Below are positions 46,618-60,870 of a stretch of DNA of 64,000 bases, piece by piece. The notes beneath the pieces were generated by a model. That model worked only from the letters and a program-made list of their open reading frames with translations. It did not search any database and was not told where the DNA came from. The DNA is taken from the NCBI GenBank assembly GCA_017499595.2, contig CM039007.1, forward strand, positions 1,798,001 through 1,862,000, given 5' to 3'. The DNA is from Psilocybe cubensis. Taxonomy: Eukaryota. The position numbers and the translations under genes are program-made. Within the stretch, counting starts at the first letter, position 1; the number at the start of each line of letters is the position of its first letter.

Positions 46618-48026
46618 TCAGTATGTCGAGCCCTCAAAATTTTTCGGACCCGAAGCAAGTAGACTTTCAACACCCTAATGAGAATATGTTCATTTAACCC
46701 AACAGGTAGTAAATTTCAAGCAAATTTCCGCACGAACCTTGTCTTTGTCGGTTCTGTGCTGAGATTGTTTTTTGACGAACCACTGGGCCGCCGTCATTTC
46801 AGGAAATGCATTTGCTTTATCTGGAGCATTCCGAACAGCCTCTGCTATGAGTGAGCTCCTGCTCACAAGTGCTTCGAGGTAAACATCGTTGGTAGGTCTC
46901 AAGAAATATACGAGCGACCATCTCTCGTGGCCAGCTTGAGGACCAGGAGGAGGCCTGCAGAAACATGATGTTAAAACCTCTATTGTATTGAGACAATTGA
47001 CCCTACGCACAGGACACGATGAGTGCATGATTTGAGGATACCACCACTCAGAATACTGAGAGTGTCTCCAATATTGCAAATAAAGTGTCCTTCAATTGGC
47101 TAATCATCAAAGAGATTAATTAGAGCAAATACACAAATACACCGTTCTCACCTTCACGTATTTCCACTGCTCGCCTTCGTTGTCAGAAATAAGAACTTGT
47201 AATCCACCTAACCTGTTAGCAAGGAATGAAAGACTGCATAGCATATAGGTTAGCAATGTATTGGTTAATGACACTTTCGTCAAGACTGGATAAACCTTCC
47301 AAAATCTGTGTGTTGCCCAAGGGCAATCTTCGTATCCTTCGGTGCAGCAGGTACTTTGATACACCTTGTCTCAGAAATACACGGCTTCGTATGGTCGTGC
47401 AGATCGAGCAATGTGCCTTCAGGAAGACCCAGTTTCTCATTGAAAACCTTCATAATTACCCGACTTTCATTGATACACGTTTCGATAAATGGCCGAACGG
47501 TGTCTTTCATGTAAGCGTTTACAGTCTCTGGATAGACTTTGTGTACGACTCTTGGGTATGCCATGGCGTCGTCCTTTGAAATATTAATAAATTCTGAGGC
47601 GTCCGTGGACCCGTCCACATCTACGTATGTTGCACCGGCCGCCCTGTACCTGAAGAATTAAAGAAATCAGTAACTGCAGAGCATCCCAAATTACAGCTTA
47701 CCCAAAAGAAGCACCCTTGTTACCCTGCCAATATTTCATTTTTTCCTCGAACGGAAGAGAAAGAGTTTCTTGTCCCATTTTGAACATGGGTTCAACGAAA
47801 CTCTCAGCTTCTTGATTCTTCAGGCTACAAGTGGTGTAATCTTATTGAGCTGCAGAATATGATGAAGTGTGATGCGCACTTACTACCAGAACCCCCACTT
47901 TGTCGCTGCTTCCCAGAGAATATTAGCTTGTTCTTGATCTCCCTCTTTAAGGAGCTTGTAGTCAACAACGAGGAGATCCTGTACAGCTACAGTCCCGTCG
48001 GTTGGAAAGGGTGGGTAATTGGTCAT
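46618..48026 (-). CDS. 2-oxoglutarate/Fe(II)-dependent dioxygenase (IPNS / gibberellin oxidase-like)
   Basis: MTNYPPFP...LLVVDY...WGFWYLKN, then HTDFG (HxD), GGLQV, CNIGDTL, the distal His in CTHRV, and the RxS motif RWSLVYF. Confidence 0.9.
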
Positions 48027-48873
48027 CTTGGAGGAGAAAAACAATTAGTGGCTGCTATGGTATGAACATTAACCACAACTTCCCCACACCCGTATTTAAA
48101 AACACGCGCCAAATGGCTACTGTGTTTAACAAATATATTTCTGACCGGCTTGCAGACCCCATGACCATACTCATCTTAGACCCTATTCAGTAACCCGTTA
48201 CTGGAAGCAGGCACAAATTCTTTGCATACCCCTGCATTCGCATGACGTTCTTGTGATCACGGGGCAATGAAGTGCAAGCTCGTGCGAGGTGCAGCAGAGC
48301 AGTAAGCAAACATAGGGTGCGGGAGGTATGCTTCGCGTTTTGCATCAGATTACTTTCCAGTATCATCTAATGCAAGCCTGGTCAAAAAGTTGGACTCACC
48401 AAACATTGAGCACCGGAAAGACTGGATTTGACCTGACGTGGAGCTAGCTTCGAAAAACAGTTTGTGTGCCCGCATCGAAGGCCAAGCAGTCATACATCAG
48501 CTGAGCATAAGGTCAGGGAGAAATCAATTCTGTAACACAAAGGTGACCATCGGATAGTGATGTAATCAACACACATACAAATAGATGAACTGCTGAAACC
48601 ACATAGAATGGGACAGAGAGAAAAACTATACAGCAATTATATACGTCCAAGAAAGCAAATAAACTTTAAAAAGAAAGAGATTTGATCAATTCCACCAATT
48701 GTGGAGGATCGTGGAGAAACAGCAGGGTTGAGATCAATGACAAGTTGTTACCGTGCAAGAGCGCGATTGAGCAAGAACGAGCATATACTTGCGCCGCATA
48801 GTGCGGACAAGAAGCCAGACTACCTTGCCAATCATCTCTCAAAATCGGGGTGTCAAGGAAGAACTCACAAAAC

Positions 48874-51088
48874 TCAGAGAGTGAGTCCGTCTTTGTGTCC
48901 CTTCTCGCTGGCATCATCACCAGGAATCTCGTCAATCTAGAAAAAATGAGAAGCAAAAAAGTCAATATGTACTCATGTTTCCTCAGGGAAAATGAAATGG
49001 ACACCAGCTTTCGCCACCCGAACAGAGGTTTGATCATGATGTCGATTTTCGAGAGAAGAATCAGCGACGTGCTCACGGGACTAGTCACCATATGTAGATG
49101 GACCACATAGTTCATGAATGTGAACAATGAAACGTCGAACCCGTCGTGGCATACGCCTCATGTCCAAAACCCCGAACAACAGCGAGAGGAGTGTTAAAAC
49201 TCACCAGGTCGAGATCTATCAGACACTCCCCGATGATCTTTACAGCCTCCTTCAAAGTCTCCTCCTCGATTACCAGGGGTGGAGCAAAGCGAATACTAAA
49301 CAACATGAAATAGATATCAGTGAGATTTTTATGAAAAGATGTCAATGAAAGGCTATAAACGTACATATTGACGTGAGTGGGTTTCGCCAGCACGCCACGG
49401 CTCTTCAACAGCAAGCAGAATTGCCACGCAGTTCGGCCCCTGGTGCTCTTCGCTTCGTCAATAACGACGGCATTAAGGAGACCTCTACCTCTGACTTCCT
49501 TGACCAAAGGAGATTTCAAATCGCGGACTGCTTTGCGGAAATACTCGCCCAGTGTGAATGCGCGAGCGGCGAGGCCCTCCTCGACAAGGACGTCCAGCGC
49601 CGTCATTGCTACAGCACAGCCCAATGGGTTTCTATATTTGTTGTGAGACTTGCAGGTGAGACATTTAATTAATGCAGCCTACCCTCCGTAAGTGCTTCCA
49701 TGCTCGCCTGGTTGAATGCATAACATAATTTCCTTGTCTGCAAGGACCGCCGACACGGGATACACTGTGGATAAAGGGGTTTAAAATAGTCATGAGAGAT
49801 TGGTGAAAACACGAACCTCCTCCAGAAAGTGCTTTTCCAAGTAATACAACATCCGGTCTAATACCTTCGTACTCAGATGCAAGCATCTTTCCTGTTCTGC
49901 ATAGACCCTATTAATCTAGTTAGAATTAGTCAAAACATTGTGAAGGAATATTCACCGTTTGGATCTCATCGCAGATTAACAGGACATTGTGTCGCTTACA
50001 GAGTTCCGCTACACCCTTCAGATATCCCTCAGGTGGAACAACAATTCTATTCAAGAAAATACAGATATTAGAGTGAGAATTTGTGCATTTTTATATGTAT
50101 ACGCACCCGGCTTCGCCTTGGATAGGCTCTACTAAGAATGCAGCGATGTTCTCTCCATGAACTGCTAAGGCTCTCTCAAGGTCCTCAAGCACACCGTATC
50201 TAATCGTTTGAGCATCGCCTTCTTCATCAACAAATACCGGTCCGACCCCTTCAAGGTATGGGCCAAATCCAGTCCTACTCTCCGGATCTGTACTCATACT
50301 GATGTCATCAATACAACAAGAATCATCCAAAAATGTAAAGAGAGTTTGATCCATGAGCCATACCTGATGATGCCTAAAGTTCTACCATGGAAGTTTCCCT
50401 CAACACTTAGCACTATGGCCTTCCCCTCCTCAACACCTTTGCACTTGTATGCCCATTTCCTCGATAGTTTCACTGCTGTTTCCACAGCTTCTGCACCTGT
50501 GTTCATGGGAAGTACCATGTCATACCCGAAGAGTTGCGTCACTTGTTGAGCAAATCTTCCAAACACCGAGTTGTAAAATGCTCGTGACGAAAGTGTTAAT
50601 TTCTGGGCTTGAGACACCAATGTGGCTACAATACGGGGGTGACAATGTCCTTGATTGACAGCACTGAAGAAAAAAATTAGAAACGGTCACACGAGGCTTT
50701 CCAACGAATCAACGCACGAATACGCAGATAGCATGTCGATGTATTCTCTGCCTTCCGGGTCCCAGACTCTGCAGAGGCATATGAGCGAGGCTTTAATGCA
50801 CTCAATAGCGGAAATAACTCACTTGGCTCCTTTCGCCGACTCGAAAACAACTGGCAGAGGATGATAACTAATGGCACAAAAGACGCATTGTAAGTGATAT
50901 AGTATAAAAGGAGGGCCTTAAACGCACTTGTGTGCCCCAAACTCATGCTCTAGTCTGATAACGTCCGCAGAAGTGAGATGCGCCTTTCCATTTGCTTTGG
51001 TTGCTGGCGAGGGCTTTCCGACATGGTGGTTGGACGACGGTGAAACAGGAGTTGTGGCGACTGAGTTTTTGCCTGCTGCTGGAGACAT
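48874..51088 (-). CDS. CAR2: Ornithine aminotransferase (class III PLP aminotransferase)
   Basis: [86 protein letters not shown] and IRFAPPLVI. Confidence 0.95.
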
Positions 51089-53089
51089 TATTCTGAAGTG
51101 GGCTTATCGACGCTGGTGTGTGTGTGTGAAGATGGTGGTAATGGGACAAAGTGCAATGACAGATGGTGGGTCCGAAGAATGCTTCATTCAGCTTGTGTTT
51201 ATATAAGCCCCGTTTGGCTCCAAATCGTCACCGATACTTTTCAGCATGCTCCGCCCGTCGTCGTCGCATCTGCAGCGCCGGTTTGGGTATCTTGCTAGAT
51301 AGCTCCGTTCAGATATCTCGTATTGATTTGCACCTTGGCATTCCACTAGCCATCCATGAACATGGCCCGGGAGCCTGAAAGTCTCTTTATCGGATTAAAA
51401 TAGCACAAACCTCCTATTTATGGTCCATCCACAAATGATGTTCTATATAGAAGGACCAACAAACACCCTCATACCTGAAAAGTATATACAAAATACCTGC
51501 AGTTCGAATTTTTTTCTTATCCAACCTCTCTGAGTCGCACTCAAGTGAAGTGGCAAGAACGTGTAATTGCAATGTTGAGGAGGAAACGATGATGGGAGAT
51601 GAATCTAATCTTGGCGTGATCTTGGCTTATCTCCAAGGGTATTGAGCGGAGGACGTATCTTAGCGAATCAGGTTGGGTGAGTTTCTAACCCAAAAGTTTA
51701 CAACTATACAAGTTTGCTCCATTGCGCATGTGTAGCCCGAAAGTTGAAGGAATATGCATTGAGGAAACCATAAGGAAGTGTACGAGAGTAAAATATTTTT
51801 AAAAATAAAAGCAGTTATTCGGTCTTGATAGTGGTCTGTAGGCGGAATCTATATTTTTTTGAATCAATGCATGGAGTTGCTAAGGCGCTAAACTTTGAAG
51901 GGTCTGATGTCCGTGAGAGTATCAATCACAATTTTGTAAGTCCCATTCAGAATGTTGAGCGTCTAGACGAGTTCTTTAGCGCCAATGCCTATTTTTGGGT
52001 ATGTATATGGTCAGGTCAACAAACGCAAGGTGAAAATATCTCAACGTCTCAGTAATATGTAGTACTGCTATTAATGACCTATAAGATATTACAACACTTC
52101 TTAACAACTTTATATTAAATAGTTTCAAGTGATCAGGTGGACCAGTGCTGAAAAGAAAGCCTGAGCTGGTTTCCTAGGGTAACGGACGTATTTAAACTCT
52201 AATCATTACATTTTAACCCCATAGATCCTTACTCAATCCCTACCCTGCAATATGTTTTTAATCTGGTAGAAGACCTACCGCGAGTTAACCGTTGAAACGT
52301 AGAGGGAGGTGTTCTCGGGAATAATCAAATCGGCATGATTAGAATGCCGCCTGAGCGTCTCTGAATAAGCGCCACGTCTAGTTTCTAACTCGTGGGCCAC
52401 AGTACTATGACATGGCATTCGCGATGGAGTAGTCTTTCATAATTGACGAATCGGAATTCTACTTTCCTGCAAGAACCTTTCGACAGACATATTATTCATG
52501 ACTGTGATCACGGTTCAAAACTTTTGATTTCTGTTCTCAAAAATACTAACATGAAGTATCAGTTCCCTGATTCTCTTTATCGACATCCCTCTTCACTGAC
52601 CAATTTCATCTCCTACATAAAAGTTATTAAAACAAATATAATTATTGTTCACACGCCGCAGCACTGCAATGTAACCACGAGCACAGGACAGACTCTCACG
52701 TCTGTCTCGCCTAGCCGTAGTCCAATGTAATATTGCTGAATTTTCTACTCACCCAAATTTTCTTGCCAAAACCAAAATGATTCCAGCGTTCAAATTGAAC
52801 TCAATTCAGGAACGACAGTCACGCAGCAAGTGCATCATGAAAATGCTTACTACGACCCGTGACCTCATCAAGTCTGCCCATGACCGGTAGCTTCGGGGAT
52901 ATACTTAGCCGAGCCGAGCTCAATTTAACAACTGTACCGATGTCAGTGTCATGGGTTTCAAGTTGACTTTGATTGGTTTATGTGCGGGGTAACATAACCC
53001 AGCTGGGTGCCTTCAGAACACATCATTCATGATATTCCTTCTATAAACATCTTCTCTTCTTTTGACTTCACCAATACGAACACGCTGCG

Positions 53090-55888
53090 ATGTCTGCGAA
53101 GAATTTGAACCCATACGATGTGAACGAGCAGACAGGAATTGATATGGCGAAGGCTAGGGGTGCCTCCACGGTCGGGGTAGAGAATGTACGCGATTACCTG
53201 CATCGTAAGTCAAGATCTTTTCTTCTCTGAAGGTTTGCTGAGATAAAAGGTTCTTGATTCTTATGCGTTTCGACCACAGATGGTCGGGATGAGTGGCTTG
53301 CTCGGTCCAGAATTGTCAGCTTGCTACAGCAAGATCCTGTCTTCGACAAGTCAAAGAGGTTTGTTATACTATCTTCATCGTAGAACGAGTAGCTAATCTG
53401 TCATATACGTAGGGATTTCATGAGCAGGACAGAGAGATACGAACGCGGGCTTGCTTTGACGAATCGTATCTACGAACTCCAGGAGATTCACAACTGGAGT
53501 GATCAAGAAACCAAGGTGGCCATCTCTGTTCTAGACGAGCAACTATCCATTGGTCTTCACAACGTCGGTGAGTTACTCCAATCTGAATTAGCGATACTAC
53601 AATATTTAACCCCACCAGCATTCCAACCTGTGTTCATGCTCCAGGGCGGTCCAACTCTTGTCAAGAAATACGGCCACCTAATAGCTGCACGAGCCATCTT
53701 CGGATGCTACCTACAGACGGAGCTCGGGCACGGAACAAATGTTTCTCGTCTCGAGACGACGGCGACGTTCATCCCGGAGACCCAAGAATTCGAGATTCAT
53801 TCACCCACGCTTACGAGTAGCAAGTGGTGGATCGGCGCGCTCGGGAAGACAGCTACGCACGGTGTAGTGCAGGCGAAATTAATATTAGGGGGAAAGGATA
53901 TGGGTCCTCATTTGTTCTTTATCCAATTACGATCTTTAGGTGAGCGTCAATGCCATTCAGTCAGACCCACAGTTATTTACAACCCCAATACCAGAGGACC
54001 ATAAAGTGCTCCCTAACATTACTATCGGCGACATAGGCATGCCATTATCATTTTAGAATTTTTGTTCTCCAGTTACTAATAGCTCTTTTAGGACCTAAAG
54101 CTTTGGCCGGTTTTTCTCCCACCGACAATGGATTTGCGCGTTTCAATCGCGTTAGGATTCCCAAGGAAAATATGCTCTCTGGATTCGCTCAAGTTACCAA
54201 TGATGGCAAATACATCCAGCCTCCCCATGCAAAGCTTAGCTATGGCGGGGTAAGTCTTCCGTATCCCTACCTCAAGCGCGTTATTAACGTTATATAATAA
54301 TAGATGCTTTACATTCGTGCAAAGTCAGTCTAGTAGTTCAATCCTACCTATTTAACTGCTAACGTAGTTCCAGTATGGTGACAGGCGGTGGATGGTTGAT
54401 AGCAAAAGGTGTGTATCTTGGAACAATATGATAACTTTGTTCTCATTGCTTTTAGCTGCTACTGTGAGTATCCGGTATGCGACTGTTCGACGACAAGGCG
54501 AACGAGGTCCAGATGGATTGGAGAAACAAATTATCACCTACCCCTCGGTTTACTACCGCCTCCTACCTATTCTATCACGAGCCTATATGTTCCTCCAGCT
54601 CGGTAGAACTTTGGTGAGTAATGCAGCACGCACAAGAGAGTGCCCGTTCTCATGAACTTAATAGACAACCGCTTTCGACACAATGTCCAGTCGACTCAAG
54701 CAAGGAGATACATCCTTGTTGGCCGAGATGCACGCGACGACGAGTGGGTTGAAGGTCTACGTCTCCAGCAGTGGTGTACAAGACCTCGAAACTGCGCGTC
54801 GCTCAATGGGCGGACACGGTTATAGCGCGTTTGCTGGCCTTGGGCGACTTTACGCGGACTACCTGCCTAGTGTTACGTACGTATACCTCTCACTCATGAT
54901 ATATACAAATTTCATATTTAATCGTTCATGCCCGGAAATTCAGCTACGAAGGCGATAACTTTGTTCTTGACCAGCAGGTCGTTCGCTCGGCGCTTAAGTC
55001 GTATCGCGCACTTCTAGCGTCGAAGCCTCCGCAGGCTTCCTCACTCAGTCCCTCATCACAATACCTGCGACACCTCATTGCACACCCAGCGCTTCCTTCC
55101 TCCCCAACAGAGCAAGACTGGCGCGATCCTTCCGTGTCGGTTGTTTTATTGGAGTTACGCGCAGCGCTAATCGTGAATGAACACGCACAACACGTGAAGG
55201 CAGGCGAAGTTGACGCCAGCGCTAACCAACGTGTTTCCAAAGCCGTTACTGAGGCATTTGTGGCTGGCCAGGTAGGGGAAATGATTCAGGATCTCTCCAA
55301 ACTACCAGAAACGGATAAGACCGTGGTCACAAAAGTCTTCCTCCTAGTACGTTTCTCCTACTAACTGGACCATTGAGTACCGGCTCATGTATGTATGCTG
55401 TGACAGTACCTTTTGACGACAGTCGAAGGAGGGTTGACGGATTTCCTTTCATTTGGTATCATCCGGCCTTCAAGCGGGTCTACACCAAAAGACCCTACGC
55501 GTTCCGTCCGCCTAGCCATCAAGCGCCTTTGCGAGGAGCTTCTGCCGGAAGCCATTGGCCTCACAGATGCATTCGGCTTCACAGACTGGGATCTTGATAG
55601 GTGCGTGCATTTGTGTACCTTAATTCAAATTATTTTTGTGTATCAACGGGTCTATTTTTTCCTCCCTTTTAGCGCTTTGGGTGTGTATGACGGTAAAGTC
55701 TACGAAGCGCTTTGGGAACGTGTCAAAGCAGAGCCTTTGAACCAATCAGAAGTTCCTGCTGCGTATCAGGTACGCATGTCTTTTTCTTCATACACAGTTG
55801 GTTCTCATGCTATCAAACACAGGAATCTATCAAACCTATGCTAAAGCGCGGACAACTCCAGGCGTCTGCCTTAATATCAAAACTTTGA
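53090..55888 (+). CDS. POX1: Peroxisomal acyl-CoA oxidase (multi-exon)
   Basis: GCYLQTELGHGTN, LETTATF, KWWIGALG, GDIGPK, DNGFARF, RYATVRRQ, RRSMGGHGY, TYEGDNFVL and SALGVYDG. Ends in the PTS1 tripeptide SKL*. Confidence 0.94.
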
Positions 55889-56392
55889 GGATGGAAGGAT
55901 ATAAATGTTGTAAAAATATCTTTTAAAAGCCAATGTACAACCTGTATACCACTAAGCATCGGTAAATTGTGACTTTAGGAATGGAAGGGTGATATATTCT
56001 GATCAAGGGACGACTTTGCGACAGCAAGCATATTGAACCCAATCTTCTCCCTGCGCACGGGAGCCAAAATCTTCGTTCACACACAAACTCTACTAACTAT
56101 GAATCTGCATAGAAAGCAAATATTAATCGACATATATGTAGGATATAGCAAGTAACAATTCCAACACCACAAAGCGTGAGCGTGAACACTGTCATTGACC
56201 AGCCACCTCAAAACACGCCCTCCTAGTCCACGATCATATCATTTAAATTTCGTCGGGGCGAGCGAAAAAAAAAAATCCACGGTCGCATCGTATATAGAAC
56301 GCGTTTCTTTCAAGATTTAGTCTTCAGAGCAATCTCACAAATAACCTCCATTATACCCCGACCGCGGCCCCTGCGTGTTACTGACGGTACCG

Positions 56393-57059
56393 ATGGCTTT
56401 CAGACAATATCTGTTCCTCTGCATGTTCGCTGCACTCTCGATTCTGTCTCCATCGGTCAGCGCGATCAATAACGGGCTAGGTGCGTTCCATCAGTGCTAG
56501 CTCCTCACAGTACGGAGGTGGAGGCTGACTTCATTTATTTTATTTTATATCTTAAAGCGACGTGGTATTATGATGGGGTATGTACGCATCCCTCCAAAAT
56601 TCAGAATCGGTCGATACTCGAACGTGGAACGTGCTCATGAATCAATCTTAACCGCCTTGGGTATTCTTTTTTTTGAATTTTGCAGATCGGCGCATGCGGT
56701 GGCTGGAACGTCAACACCGATTTCATTGTCGCTTTGAACCCAATCGACTACGCAGGAGGCACAAAATGCGGCAAGAAAATCAAAGTCAATTGTAAGTTAA
56801 TTCATAAGTCACAATCCCCGAGTCCCGGATTCCATGTCCCTCTCCCTGAATATATCAGAAAGCATTGCCAGTAGCTAACGAACCTTTTCTTTTTTATGTC
56901 TGTTCGCTTTAACAAGATCAAGGCAAATCAATCATAGTTCAAGTCGTCGACCTCTGTCCCTCATGCGGGTGGAAAGCCATCGATCTATCTCAATCGGCAT
57001 TCCAAGCGCTCGCTCCGCTCTCTCAGGGAATCATCCAAATATCTTGGGACTACATTTAG
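56393..57059 (+). CDS. Small secreted DPBB (RlpA/barwin/expansin-, loosenin-like) protein, 4 exons
   Basis: Signal peptide, then ATWYYDG|IGACG, IVALN, CGKKIKV, VVDLCPSC, IDLSQSAFQALA and GIIQISWDY. Confidence 0.9.
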
Positions 57060-57959
57060 GAAATGCTCTGCCACCATCCAATTCTCTCCTCTCTCCTTCT
57101 CAAGCTCAAGTTCCTTTTCTTCCTTTTCCGAGGTTGCTTTTCTTTTTTGTGTTTGTTGTTTCTCGTCAGTTTTTTTTTGGCACCATCTACACACAAAGCG
57201 CACATCATTGTACTATGTTAACTCATCAACCTGTTTTCCTTGCACCCTGTTTCGTTTGTCTTCCTGTTCAAATTCCATCCTCGCAACATGCACCTATACC
57301 CGAATGTCAAGTTACACTGTACAACAAACAACCCACTCAGACGAATATCAATTCTCAGTTTTTTAGTCTTTCAACATTTCCTTTCCATCTTTGATGTTCA
57401 AAAATGATTTATGAAAACATTCTTCAAAGGACGAGAGAGCGGGATAGAGAGAGAGAGATAAGTAACGAAAAACGGAATCGGATGAATGTTTGTCAGAATA
57501 AAAAAGAGAAAATGCTAGGCAATGGACGGGGCAGAGTCAAAAAAATGCATCAGTAGCAAGAAAAAAGAACGAAAGAAACAAAAAAAGACAGGAAGCGGAG
57601 GAAAAGACAGTGAAGTGAGAGAGAGTGAAGAGAGAGACAGAGGAAAGAGAGCCATCGAGAGAGAGAGGAGAGAGTCAGAGCGGGAGGAGAGTGAAGCCGA
57701 GGGGAAACCAATTGTGCACGGAGATATGGAAAAAAAGAAGAGCCGGAAGAATGGACATGGACAGAAGACGCTAATGGAGTTTGCAACATAGCACAATACT
57801 TCTTTAAATTGAATTTAAAAAAGAAAGACAACACACAAATAAGGAAGAAAAGAAAAAGAAAAACACGACGGAAAACTGGGAATAGGATAGACAGGTGAGC
57901 TGATCGAACCAATCCATAGAGACATGCGAAAGAAAAGAAAAGTGAAGAGGGAAAACGCA

Positions 57960-60839
57960 TCAAGCTCCCGCATGAGGGGCAGACGAAGCAGCTGCATTGT
58001 GATTCATGAACCCTGGCGTAGGCGGGAAGAAACCGTTCGCGCCAGGGGCCTGAGGATGCCAGCTATCTCCGTTGCTCGTCGGCGTTGCCGCGTTTCCCCA
58101 CAACGACCCGTTTCCAATTGGCGGCGGAACCCCAGGGTGGATCTGGTGCAGATGGTTGTTGGATCCAATGGGCGCCGGGATAGCGCGGCTGGCCGAAGGC
58201 GATGTGAAGCCGACGCCCCATGGTGCGATGGGTGCGCGGGGGCTCGCAGCGGTAGGGGCACCGACAGGACCCCAGGAGTGGCTACCGCCCGGAGACGGCC
58301 CGGAGATGCCGATACCGATACCGATAGGAGTGGCACCGACTCTGCGTGGACCAGGCGTAGACACAACTTCATCGTCATCTGCAGCCAGCGCCGACGATCC
58401 AAGGACACCTTTGGGGCTAGGAGACCTGCGAATGGGCGAACCTGACCCAGAGCTTGCAGTTTCTCCTACAGCTGCCACAATTGGACGAGCGATGGGCGCG
58501 ATGTTCGGACGCGTGATGGGCCCAGGGACGGGGGAGTCTGACTGAGTGCTGAGGAGAGGGATCGATGAACGACGACCTTGACCAGGCGCAAGCATCGAGG
58601 TATTCGGAACAGAAGTCGAAGCAGCAGGTATCTTGCCCTTGGGAGGACCGATAGGAGCAGGCGCAGCGGGAGGGATGTTGTTAATAGGAATACCCATTGG
58701 CATGCCACGATGGAAGTTTGCATCGAAGGGAGGGCCATTGAAGTTCCTTTGAGGAGCCAAAGGCGTACCAGGAGGATGGCGTGGCATATTGGGTGGGGCA
58801 CCAAATGGATATTGCATAGGTGGGAACCCTCCAACGCTCGGAGACAGAGCAGGAGGGATCATGACGGGTCCCTGGGGATGGCCAAACATCATCGAATTCT
58901 GTGGCGGAGGAGGAAGGTGAGGAGGAAGGTGCTGAGCATTGATAGGCGTCAGAGGGTGATGAGGACGAGCGAGATTGGGCTGCTGCTGCATCTGAGGAGG
59001 AGGCTGCTGCAGCGGTTGGGGGGCATGGTGAGGACGATTGATCTGCCCGACGCCAGGGGCGGCCGGTGCGGACACAGGAGGAGGAATATGCTTGTTGTTG
59101 ACGACCTTCTTTGCAGCGACGCCATTGGTGTTGACGATCGAGCTGGGCGAACGGGGCGCAGACGGGTTGGCCACTGGGGTCGCATTGACGTTGACCTTGG
59201 AGGTCACAGGCAGAGCCGAGGTGGAGGCGGACGCGGTGGGCGTTGGGCGCGCTGGAGGAGGAGGTTTGGCGGCGGCGGCTGCCTGGGCTTGGGCAATGGC
59301 AGCAGCACGCTTTTCAGCAGCGAGTTTCTCCTTTGCCTCTCTCTCCGCCTTCTCCTCCTTCTCCTTGGCCAGTCTCTTCTCCTTCTCAATTCTCTCCCGC
59401 TCCTCTCGTTTCTCCTTCTCGATGCGCTCGCGTTCCGCCTTTTCTTCGCGCTCTTTGGCAAGCCTCGCCTCACGTTCTTCTCTGGCCTTGCGCTCCTTTT
59501 CTTCCCTCTCTTTCTTCAATTTCTCCTCCTTCTCCTTCTTTTTCTTTTCCCTCTCCAGTTCACGCTCGCGCTCCTCCTGTTGTCTCTTTTTCTTCTCTTC
59601 CTCTTTGCGCAATCTCTCCTCTTCCGCAGCTCGCTTGGCTGCCTCGCGTCTCTGTCGCTCCTCTTCACGTTTCTTTCGGTTTTCTTCCTCTTGAGCAATC
59701 TGTCTCGCTTTCGCGGCTGCCTCCTCTGCAGCCTTCTCGGCAGATTTAGCAGCCTTCTCTTCCTCCTTGGCCTGTTTCTGTTGCCTATAATAACAGAGAA
59801 AAACTGATCAATACGATCACCGAATGAATGGAAAACTAAAAGTATGTGCGAACCTCTTCTTATCCTTCTTCTTTTGGTTCTGGGTCTGCTTCTTGATCTC
59901 ACGATCGCGGGTGCTCTTGTCCTCCTCATCGAGCTCGCGCAAGAGCTGCAACTGACGTTCCTGGGCAACCTTTTCCCGGTAGGCCTGCAGAACCCGTTGC
60001 TCGAACATCCGTGCAGCGAAAATAGAAAACATCCGCTTTCCCTCTTCCATCTTCTGCTCCTCCGTCATGATCTACATGGGTTGCCAAAAAAAGGTGAGCA
60101 AAAAAGTGTACCAACGAACAGATCCAGTGGAAAAAGAAAAAGTTACCTCCTCTTCATCCTCTTCGTCATCGTCCTCGTCATCCTCGTCGCTCGCACCTCC
60201 GTCATCCTCGCCATCCTCGTCGGCCTCGCTTCCGTCCCGCTCCTCATCGCTGTCCTCCTCGCTCTCATCCTCGATACCTGCAACCGTTTCGTCTTCGCGC
60301 TGCATCCGGCGCTCAGCGAGTTGTTCCATCATCTCCAAGAACTTTTGACCGTCATTTTTGAGCAGATCGTCGGCGACGGTGAGGATGCCGCCTGGGCCTA
60401 ACCCGTCAGGGGCACATTAGAACGATGGGCAATATGACAACTGGAATACTTACCGGCAACGGTTAGACTGTTCCCAATATTAAACAGTCCGTCCCGTCCC
60501 TTTGCAGGAGCATTCCGACGCCCACCTGTAGGTGTCTGTGGGGGTACTCGTCGGGCTGCAGGCGCCACCTGGTCTTTCTGCACACGACCATCAGCCGTAC
60601 GACGTTGTTGTGGGATTTCCTCCTCCTCCTCTTCCTCCTCCTCTTCTTCTTCCTCTTCTTCCTCCTCTTCTTCTGGTTCTTCGTCATCCTCTTCGTATTC
60701 TTCACCCTCGAAATCTTCTTCTTCTACCTCGTCGTCAAACTCACTTTCTTTGTCAGGTGGTGGATGGTGTTGAGGTGGGAGATGTTGTTTGCGACCATTC
60801 GTTAACGGCGGTACAGTTTGGGGCGTCGGTCCTCGTTGT

Positions 60840-60870
<31 letters not shown>

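Noticed and set aside
48998-49166. Hammerhead ribozyme or TPP riboswitch in the OAT intron
   Set aside because: No CUGANGA core and no TPP aptamer consensus; kept only as an unassigned structured RNA candidate.
19500-55888. Possible secondary-metabolite cluster (permease, PPTase-like, 2OG dioxygenase, aminotransferase, acyl-CoA oxidase)
   Set aside because: There is no NRPS, PKS or terpene backbone gene. OAT and acyl-CoA oxidase look like ordinary primary-metabolism genes, and the genes are spread over 35 kb with unrelated ones between. Adjacency of the dioxygenase and OAT alone is not evidence.
58578-59807. 409-aa and other + strand ORFs over NST1
   Set aside because: Antisense shadows of the low-complexity, GC-rich NST1 exon.
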